Shown piece after piece: positions 12,051 through 21,852 of a stretch of DNA of 64,000 nt. Position numbers and translations under genes: made by a program. The stretch comes from Squalus acanthias (Eukaryota): assembly GCA_030390025.1 (NCBI GenBank), contig JASTWF010000033.1:4032001-4096000 (forward strand). Reading direction: 5' to 3'. Under the pieces are notes generated by a model. It saw nothing but the letters and a program-made list of their open reading frames with translations, searched no databases and was not told the DNA's origin. Numbering within the stretch: position 1 is the first letter of the stretch; each line of letters starts with the position of its first letter.

Positions 12051-12860
12051 ACTGCGAGTGAGTTTAATACTTAAAAATAGGGGAAAGGACAGAAAAGCAT
12101 AAGGTATTAATAAAAACATTGAAGCAAAAGCTATTAATTTATTTTAACATCAGTGCTGGGGAAAGTTTTAGAAACAATAATCAATGAAAGAATTAACGGG
12201 CACTTGGAGAGGTTTAAACTAATTAAAGAGAGCCATCGCGGATTTGTAAAAGGGAGATCGTGTTTGACTAATCTAATTGAATGTTTTGACAAAGTTACAG
12301 TCGGGATTGTTGAAGGGAATGCAATGAATGTTGTCTACATGGATTTTAGGGAGGCGTTTGACAAAGTACCACAGAGAAGGCTGGTTAAAAAATTGAGGCT
12401 CCTGGAATAGGTGGATCACTGGCAGCTTTGATAAGAAATTGCCTCAACGGCAGAAAACAGGGAGTTGTGGTAAATGGTTGTTTTTCGGACTGGAGGATGG
12501 TAGATAGTGGTGTTTCCCAAGTGTCAGTGCTGGATATTGGAATACAGATCAGAATTTCTAAATTTGCCAATGACACCAAACTTGGCGGTATGGGAAACAG
12601 TGAGGATGATACCAATCGACTACAGCAGGAAAAAGAAAGGCTAACATAATGGGCAGACAAGCGGCAGATGGAAGTTCATATAGAGAAGTGTGAGGTGAAG
12701 GAACAGAGAGAGGCAATATACACTTAATGGCACAATTGTAAAGAGTGTGCAGGGACAGAGGGACCTGGGAGTTAATATGCAAAGGTCCCTGAAGGTGGCA
12801 TGACATATTGAGAGAGTGGTTAGCAAACCATATGGGATCTGTGGCTTCTTAAGTAGAGGT

Positions 12861-13530
12861 CATGATGTGGAGATGCCGGCGTTGGACTGGGGTGGACAAA
12901 AATGAGAAGTCGCACAACACCAGGTTATAGTCCAACAGATTTATTTAATTTTACAAGCTTCCGAAGCAGTTCGCTCCTTCGTCAGGTAAGTTAGCAATGA
13001 GAGAATCTCCCAGAATTCACAATTTAAACCCAGACAAAATCTATTCACATTATTCCCTGCAACAAAGAGCACAGCCAAGACAATGAGATGTGTCCCAGGG
13101 GGTCCAACGTGTCAAACCACCTGCTGGCTGCATATCCTGTCAATTTGTGTTCTTGTGTTAGCCTTTTTAAAAAAAAACACCTGGGAAGACCGGCCATGAT
13201 GTCAAGTCACGATACAGAACGTGACTTGACATCATGGCCGGTCTTCCCAGGTGTTTTTTTTTAAAAAGGCTAACACAAGAACACAAATTGACAGGATATG
13301 CAGCCAGCAGGTGGTTTGACACGTTGGACCCCCTGGGACACATGTCATTGTCTTGGCTGTGCTCTTTGTTGCAGGGAATAATGTGAATAGATTTTGTCTG
13401 GGTTTAAATTGTGAATTCTGGGAGATTCTCTCATTGCTAACTTACCTGACGAAGGAGCGAACTGCTTCGAAAGCTTGTAAAATTAAATAAATCTGTTGGA
13501 CTATAACCTGGTGTTGTGCGACTTCTCATT
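12861..13530. mobile_element. Penelope-like element (PLE) insertion: inverted pseudo-LTR pair, 40-bp tail and TSD
   Basis: Arms 12901-13211 and 13220-13530 are reverse complements (311 bp, 2 mismatches, 8-nt spacer). The unpaired tail is 12861-12900. cttaagtagaggt is duplicated at 12848-12860 and 13531-13543. A hammerhead core and the PLE-type end aataaatctgttggactataacctggtgttgtg are present. Confidence 0.88.
13442..13480 (+). ncRNA. Minimal type I hammerhead ribozyme (PLE type)
   Basis: TTAC (stem I), CTGACGA, A, GGAGC-gaact-GCTTC (stem II), GAAA, palindromic AGCT (stem III), T (cleavage position), GTAA (stem I'). Confidence 0.8.
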
Positions 13531-14529
13531 CTTAAGTAGAGGTATTGAGTTCAAAGGTTGAGAAGATATGTTAGACCTTTATAAACGGTGGTTAGGCCAC
13601 AACTAAATTATTGCGTCCAGTTCTGGTCACCACACTGCAAGAAGAATGTGAAGGCCCTTGAGAGGCTGCAGAACAGATTTACCAGAATGGTTCCGGGGAT
13701 GGTTGATCTTATCTACAACGACAGGTTGGAGAAGCTGGATTTGTTTTCATTAGAGCAAAGGAGGTTGAGGTGTGATTTGTCAGAGGTGTACACGATTATG
13801 ACGGGTTTAGATAGGCTAGATGGGAAAAGGCTCTGCACACGAGTTGATGGTACAAGGACTAGGGGGACACATATTTAAATTTTTGGCAACAGGTGCAGGG
13901 GAGATGTGAGGAAAAACTTTTTTACGCAGCGGATGGTGAGGACCTGGAAACTCGCTGCCGACGGAAGTTGTAGAAGCGGAGAGAATCAGTGTTTTGAAGG
14001 GGAGACTGGTTAGGCACTGGAGGGAAATAAACTTGCAGGGCTACGGGGATAGAGCGGGGGAATGGGAGTGACTGGATCGCTCCACATAGAGCCAGCTCGG
14101 ACTCAATGGGCCGAATGCCCGCCTTCATTACCGTTACGACTCTATGACTATGATTAATTTCAAATATAATTCAATTAAACATAATCAGAGTCAGGGAGGC
14201 AGACCTCAGTAAAACACAATCGGACTGGATCGCAACCTGGGTGGAAGCATTTGAATGAGGTGATAGTAAAAATTCGGTGGAGAGGAGAAAGGCAGATTCT
14301 CACGTCCAGCTCAAAAGATGGAGTGCAACCAATAATTCTAAATTAAGTATCCAATATTTAGCTTCTTTGTATTTTGTAACTCGGTGGTTCCTGTTAAGCT
14401 TCAGTAAATAATTCATCACTGGGTAGTTTGTTTTGAGGAGCGGATATAATAATTACTGTGTAGTTTAGATATAGTTAAAAGCAATTCTATGAATCACCTT
14501 GTATCTAAGTAGTTTATTTTAAATTTCTA

Positions 14530-17500
14530 ATTAGAGTGGAGCGAAAGCTCGGAACCGCAGCCTGCAATTCCTGCGCCATGTGGAAACTTCAGGACGCTTC
14601 AGTTGTCCCGGCTGCACATTTTTGCATTAAGTGCCTCCAGCTGTCCGAACTCATTCTGAGGGTTTCTGATCCTGAGCGGCAGCTGGATTCGCTGCAGGGC
14701 CTACGGATGGCTGAGTATGTCCTGGATCGCAGGTCCCAGGAGGTGGATACTGCATAAATTGATGGAATTCAGAATGGCAAGTTGGTGGCCACTCACAATG
14801 GTCGGAAGAGGCAGGCAGTGCAGGTATCCTCCGGGATTGTGGCACTCTCAAACCGATATTCCACATTGGTTACTGGTGAAGGTGACGACACCTCAAAGAA
14901 GTGCAATGCCGAGCCTGGCACCGTGAGGCAAAGGACTGCACAGGGGCTACAGCAACGTGTAGGAATGCAGTAATAATTGGGGATTCGTCATTCAGGTGGA
15001 CGGACATGCCGTTTTGCTGCCGTCGACATGAGACCCATATGCTATGTTGCCTGCCTGGTGCTAGGGTAGGGAAATTACAGAGCGGGTGCAGAACTTTCTT
15101 CAACAAGAGCCAGAAGTCCACGTCCATGTCAGGACCAACGACATAGGGAGAAAGAGGGCTGAGGTCCTGCAGACAGAGTTTAATGAGCCAGGGTGTAGTT
15201 AAAAAGCAGGACCTCAAATATGGTAATATCTAGGTTACTCCCAGTGCCAGGATGCGCCAGTGAAAGTAGAAATAGGAAGATCTGGAATGTTAATGCATGG
15301 CTAGAGAAATGGTGCAGGAGGGAGGGCTTCAGATTCCTGGGACATTCGTACCAGTTCTGTGGCAGGAGAGACCTGTTCAACATGGACGGGTAGTACCTGA
15401 ACTGAGCTGGGATCAATATTCTTTTGGGCACGTTAACGATTGCTGTTGGGGTCGGTTTCAACTAATTCGCCGGGGGATTGGGCACTAGGCTGTAGTATTA
15501 AAAAGTAGTAAAAAAGGAGCACAGAGAACTGGGAGAGAGGTTTTAAGTTAAAAGAGTTCTAAGTGTGTCAATGCACAAAGTGTGGTTAATAAGCTTGGTG
15601 AGCTGCTGACGTAAATAGTCGCTTGGGAATACGATGTAGTGGCGTTAACAGAGACTTGGCTTAAAAAGGAGAGGATTGGATGGTTAATATTACTTGGTAC
15701 AAGAGAGGGAAGGGACAAAAGGAGTAGGGGCAGCATTTCAGATTAAGGGAAATATTCCAGTTCTAGAAAGAGAGAATGCCCTTGCGGGGTCAAAGACAAC
15801 ATTTATTTGGTTGGAATTGAGAAACGATAGAGGAGCTATTAGACTGTCTGCTGTATTTATGGGACAAACTGTGGGTTGGTGATAGAGGAGAAGAATAGCA
15901 AAGAAATTACTGAGAGGTGCAAGAGCAATACAGTGGCGATAATGCGAGACTTTAGCAACACCAATAGAGACTGGGATAGTAACTGTGTTAAGGGCAGGGA
16001 GGGGAAGAATCTCTGAAGAGGGCTCAGCAGATTTTTCTTGATCAGTATGATTTCTGCACAACGAGGAAGGAGGCATTGCTGGTTCTAGTCCTGGGGAATG
16101 AAGTGGGTCAAGTGGAGAATGTCAAAGTGGGAATAGTGATCATAGTATTGTAAGATTTAGATTAGTTATGGAGAAGGACATGGAGCAATGTAGAATAAAA
16201 ATACTTAACTGAATGATGGCTGATTTCAGCGAATTGCGGAGGGATCTGGCCGGGGGGAATTGGAGTCAAAGAGTGGCAGGCAAAATGTAATGGAGCAATG
16301 GGCGGCCTTTAAAGAGGAGATGTTTCGGGTACAGTCTAGGTAACTCTTACAAGGTGGAAATGGAGGGCAAACAAAGCCAGAGCTCCCTGGAAGGTGACGG
16401 AATTGGCGAGTAGGAAAGCAGAAAAAAGGGGGCGAATGATAGATGTCAGCTTGATAATGTAGGGAGAATCAGGCTGAATATAGAAAGTTCTGAGGGGAAG
16501 TGAAAAAGTAAGTAAGAGGGGAAAAAGAGACAGTAAAGGAATATATTAGCCGCTAACATAAAGAGGAATCCAAAGCTCTTCCATAGGCACAATATGAGTA
16601 AAAGCTTTGTCAGAGGAGCGGTGGGGCCGATTACAGACCAAAATTGACATGTATTAGTGAAGGCAGAAGGCATGGCTGAGGTAGTAAATGCATACTTTGT
16701 GTCGGTGTTTACCAAGGAAGACGACTTTGCCGAAGTTTTGGTAAACGAGGAGTTTGCTGGGATATTAGATGTGATAAAAAATAATAGATAGCGAGGATTT
16801 ACTTGAAAGGCTGGTGGTAATTAAAGTGGCTAAGTCAACCGGTCCGGATGGGATGCAACCGAGGATGTTGTGGAAGTAAGGGTAGAAATTGTGGATGTTC
16901 TGATCACAATATTCAAAGTCTCCTCAGATACAGGGGTGCTGCGGAGGACGGCAGGAATGCAAACTTAACAACCTTGTTCAAAAAAGGGTAGAAGGAAAAA
17001 CCTGGCAAGTACAGACCAGTCAGTTTAATGTCGGTGTGGGGAAGATTTATAAAAACAATAATCCGGGTGAAAATTAACAGAAACTTGGAAAAGTCTGCAC
17101 TAATAAAGGAGAGCCAGCGCGGATTTGTAAAGGGCAAATCATGTTTGCATAACGTGATTGAGATTTTTGTTCAGTTAACAGAGAGGCCGGGTAGTGCAGT
17201 TGGAGTTGTGTATATGGACTTTCAATAGAGGTTTGATAAAGTACCACAAACGAGGCTTGTTAGCAAATTTGAAGCCCATGGGATAAAAGGGACAGTAGCA
17301 GCATGGATATAAAATTGGCTTATGGATAAAAACAGAGAGTTGTGGTGAGGCGCTGTATTTCGGACTGGAGGGAGGTAAACCGTGGTGTTCCCCGGGGTTC
17401 TCTAACAAGACCACTGCTGCTTTGATAAACATTAACGATTGGACTTGTGGGTAAAGGGCATGTTTTCGAACTTTGCAGTTGACACGAAATTTGGAAGTGT

Positions 17501-18370
17501 AGTAACCACTGAGGAAGCAGGTAATAGACTTCAAATGGAAATAGACAGGCTAGTGGAATGGGCAGACAGTTGGCAGATGTAATTCAACGCAGAAAGGTGT
17601 GAGGTGATTCATTTTGGTAGGAAGAATGAGGCGAGACAGTACCAGCTAAATATTACAATGATAAATTGGGTGCAAGAACAGAGAGACCTGGGGGTGATTC
17701 TGCACAAGTTTTTGAAGGTGGCAGGAAAGGTAAACAAAGCAGTTAATAAAGCAGACAGGATCCTGGCCTTTATAAATAGAGGCACAGAGTACAAAAGACA
17801 GGAAGTTATGTTAACGTGTAAAATACACTAGTTCGGCCCCAGCTGGAGTATTGTGTCCAATGATGTTCACCACACTTTAAAAAAGACGTGAAGGCTTTGA
17901 AGAGGGTTCAGAAGAGATTCCCCATTTGGTTGCAGGGATGAGGGATTGCAATTACGTGAATAGATTGATGAAGCTGGGGTTTGTTTTCCTTGGAGCAGCG
18001 AGTGCTAAGAGGAGATTTGATGGAGGTACTAAAAATCATGAATTATTTAATTAGAGTAAATAAAGAGAAACTGTTTCCAATGTCTGAAGGCTCAATAACC
18101 AGAGGGCTCAGATTTAAGGTGATTGGCAGAAGAACCAGAGGCGACATGAGCTAAAACATTTTCACACAGCGAGTAGTTAGGATTTGGAATTCACTGCCTG
18201 ATCGGGTGCTGGGTACAGATTCAATAGTAGCCTTCAACAGGGAATTGAATAAATGCTTGAAGGAGAATAATTACAGGGATATGGGGAAAGAGTGAGGGAG
18301 TGGGAATAACTGAATGGTTCATCGAAAGTGTAGACGTAGACTCGATTGACCGAATGGCCTCTATCTGTAA
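14530..18370 (+). mobile_element. Near full-length, heavily degraded CR1 LINE (ORF1 zinc finger and esterase; ORF2 APE endonuclease and RT)
   Basis: ORF1: CNSCAMW..FCIKC, VIIGDSSFR..CCLPGARV and a GTNDIG-like motif. ORF2: [37 protein letters not shown] and IHFGRKN..RDLGV. Many stops. Confidence 0.92.
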
Positions 18371-19290
18371 GAAAGAAATACTTTCATTTATATAGCGCCT
18401 GTCACGAACTCATGACGTCCCAAATCTCTTTACAGTCAATCAAGTACTTTTAAAGTGTAGTCACTGTTGCAATGTAGGAAATGCAGCAGTCAATTTCCAC
18501 ACAGCAAGCTCCCACGAACGGCAAAGTGATAATGACCAGATAATCTGTCTGTTAGGTGTTTTTATTCATTATCGGGAGGGGGCGTCGCTGGCAAGGCCGG
18601 CATTTATTGCTCATCCCTAATTGCCCATGAGTAGGTTGTGGTGAGCTGACTTATGAACCGCTGGAGTCCGTTTTATGAAGGTTCTCCCACAGTGCTGACT
18701 TTGTCGTAGCGGTTTGGTACAACTGAGTGGCTGGTTCGTCTATTTCAGGGGGCAGTTAAGGGTCAACCACATTGCTGTGGGTCAGGTGTCACATATAGGC
18801 CAGACCAGGTAAGGACGGCAGATTTCCTTCTCTAAAGGACATTAGGTACCAGATGAGTATTTACGAGAATCCGCTAGTTTCATGGTAACCATTACTGATA
18901 CTTGCTTTCTTATTCCCGATTTATTTAATTAATTGAATTTAAACCCCAGCTGCCGTGGAGAGATTTGGACTCATGTCTCCAGATTATTAGTCCAGGCCTC
19001 TGGATTACTAATACAGTAACATAACCACTATGATAACATGCCCACGTTGATTGAGGGATAACTCCACTGCTCCTCTTCAAAATAATGTCATAGGAACTTT
19101 TACGTCCACCTGAGACAGCAGACGGGGTGTCAGCTTAACGTCTCATCCGAAAAACGGCACCTCGGACAGTGCAGCACTCCCTTTCTACTGCCCGCCTAGA
19201 TTCCTGTGCTCAAGTCTCTGGAGTGGTACTGTGAACCCACTACCTCCGGACTCAGAGTTGAGAGTGCTACCCACTGAGCCATGGCTGACC
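18371..19290 (-). mobile_element. tRNA-derived Deu-domain SINE (DeuSINE/SacSINE-like), split by a nested SINE
   Basis: The minus-strand head gtcagccatggctcagtgggtagcac...gggttca has A- and B-box-like motifs. Deu-like core on +: ttttacgtccacctgag..cagacgggg..ttaacgtctcatccgaaa..cggcacctc.gacagtgcagcactccct. The tail (catttatatagcgcct...) is at 18371-18550. Confidence 0.72.
18558..19040 (-). mobile_element. Nested tRNA-derived SINE-like element with a LINE-derived tail
   Basis: Minus-strand head catagtggttatgttactg..gtaatccagaggcctggact..gagtccaaatc. Its tail (gtcgctggcaaggccggcatttattgctcatccctaattgccc) is shared with the fragment at 32532-32875. Confidence 0.6.
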
Positions 19291-19421
19291 ACTTACATTG
19301 TGTTAAGCAAATTAAGTAGGTCCCGTATTACTTTGAAAATAGGAATCTAAATGGGATAGAATACAATAGACATCTGGGAGTACAAATACTTCTATGACAG
19401 ATTCATCTATGATTCTATGAT

Positions 19422-20280
19422 CACATAAAATTACATAGTACATACTGCAAAGAAAGAGGCCACTCGATCTAACCACTCCGTTCCAGCTTATATGCCCACT
19501 CGAGCCGCCTCCCATCCTTCCTCATCGAACTGTATCAGCATAACCCTCTATTCCCTTCTCCCTCATGTGCTTATCTAGCCTCCCCTTAAATTAATCTATT
19601 TTATTTGCCTCAACCACTCCCTGTGCTAGCGAGTTCCACATTCTCACCACTCGCTGGGTAACGTAGCTTCTTCGGATTTCCCTATTTGATTTCTTGGTGA
19701 CTATCTTATATTTAAGGCCTCTAGTTTTTTCTCTTCCCCACAAGTGGAAACACTCTCTCTGTATCTATGCTATTAAAAACTTTCACAATTTTAAAGACCT
19801 CAATTAGGTCACACCTTAAATTTCACTTTTCAAGAGAAAAGAGACACAACCTGTTCATTCTATCCTGATATTTATAAGCTCGGATTTCTGGTATGATCCT
19901 TGTAATTCTTGTTTTTTATCCTTTCCAGTGCCTCTATATTCTTTTTTTCTAATATGGCGACCAGAACTATACATAGTGCTCCACGTATGTTCTAACCAAG
20001 GTTCGATACAGGTTTAGCATAACTTCTTTACTTTCCAATACTATTGCTCTAGTAATAAACCCGAGCACGTGGTTTGCTTTTTATGATTTATTAACCTGTG
20101 CCTCTACTTTTAGTGATTTCTGTATTTGTACTCCAAGTTCGATTTGCTCCACTATCCTAATTAGATTCTTATTTTCCAAGTAATATGTGACCTTCTTATT
20201 TTTCTTAACAAAATGCAATACGTCACACTTATCTGTGCAGGAATTTAGTTGACAATTATGCACACATTTTGCAAGTTTGA
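19422..20280 (-). mobile_element. CR1 LINE 3' fragment
   Basis: DKCDVLHFVKKN..ELGVQI, and a CR1 3' UTR in reverse orientation. Confidence 0.85.
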
Positions 20281-20314
20281 GGTGCTGAATTAGTTTGAGG
20301 AGCTCTGTTAGTTT

Positions 20315-21570
20315 TGTAGGGGGTGGTAATGGGGTCAGCCTTCGCTTTCTGACTCAGTGAGCAGTTCGAATCGCTCCCACACCCCTCTGATTCCTAGACT
20401 TTGGACTTATTTAGGGTTTGTGAACAAAATTGCAGTAGACGACAGGTTCTGATGAAAGAATTTTACTTTATTAAAAGAAAAAGGTAACAAACTTGAAACA
20501 CACTAATTACTTAAACACAGATTGGGGAGCACATGGTACAAGCGAGGGAGAACGACAATATAACAAACAAAACCTTATCCCTCCCAAATATCCCACTATC
20601 TAGCTAGGTTTTTGGTTTCAGGAGATCAGGGATAATGCTCACCAACGAATCCTTGACAGGATTTTTGAGTCTTTTGTTTAAAAGATTTCGTAAAGCCCTT
20701 GTTGCTGCGAGGTGTCCGATGGTCACTGAGGCAGTCGCTCTGGTTTCTTATTTTGTGCTGGTCTGCTTGCTGGCCTTCTTCCTCGTGGCTTGTAGTGGTT
20801 TTTGCTGGAGCAGGGAGAGAGCTGTGTCAGCGTAGTCAGCCAGTCCGAAAGAGAGAGAAGTTATGGGACAGGCTTTCATTTATACTCTTTCTTTTTCGCG
20901 CCCAAAAAACCCTTACTAAAACGGATTCCTTTAGGTTGCAAATGTACCTTGCTAAGTCCATTGTCTAGTTTTGGCGGGCTTGCCAGTTCCGATGGCTTTA
21001 GCTCAGTGTAAAACATGTCTTGATCGTTTTCCGATTTAAACACAGCCTAATCTACGCGCCAAATCTCAACCCTATTGTCCTAGGTCTTTTGGCGGGTTTT
21101 TAAATCTGTTCTGTGGATACCTGGTTGATTGGTTTTTGATGAAGTACTAAATGTTTTATTGATTTCAGACTTCTGGTATCATGTTTGGCCCTGGGAAATT
21201 CAAACGTGGGTCTTGGATTATTCATATTTCGATGTGTGTGTGAGTTTTTGGTTTGTCTCTTCCTCCTTGGTAGGATTTGCAGTGTAAACAATTCCCAGAC
21301 AGCTTGATTGGGCCCCAACACCCAAAGCTGTCCACTGCCTGGCCACGCCCCACCGCAGCTTGTCTTGTGTCTGTGAAAGGTGTCTCTCCCAACAGTAAGA
21401 TTCAAAAATCATTTTTCTCAGGGTTTTTCTTCCCTGATCTTTCCAAAACTGAGGTTTTTACATCAAATCACTTCACTTAGGTCCCATCATCCCAAGTTTG
21501 TATGAAAGGTACAAAAATCACTCCCTTTAGGGCTCTGTTGGAGTTTCTGGGGGATTTTGCGAAGCCTGCA
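20315..21570 (-). repeat. 3' LTR (~1256 bp)
   Basis: tgtagg...gaagcctgca, homologous to 28404-29564. Minus-strand TATA-like gtataaat at ~20878-20885 and AATAAA at 20467-20472. Confidence 0.92.
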
Positions 21571-21580
21571 TCCCCCACTT
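21571..21580 (-). other. Polypurine tract
   Basis: Minus-strand aagtggggga directly precedes the 3' LTR. Confidence 0.8.
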
Positions 21581-21852
21581 TGATACGAAAACTGAATTAG
21601 TATCATTAACAGGTGAGCAAAATTTCCGATCCCCGAAAACCAACCTTCCCCTGTATTACCTAAACTAAAAACCCAAACATACATTCCCCTTTTAAAAGTG
21701 GTGTTTCAGGTACATACAGGTAAGAATCAATCTTTATTTCACATCCAAGCACGGAGAGGGTCCGACACCCCTGCACAGCTTGGAAAAACACACCATACAC
21801 ATCATAAAAATGACACACCACACATACAATTTTTTTAATTAAAAGACAAAAT

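Larger units (their letters stand above)
12060..14155 (+). mobile_element. CR1 LINE 3' fragment, split by a Penelope-like insertion at 12861-13530
   Basis: GFVKGRSCLTNL..YMDFREAFDKVP and KFANDTKLGG before the insertion. VRPQLNYCVQFWSP and tail gactctatgactatga after it. Confidence 0.9.
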
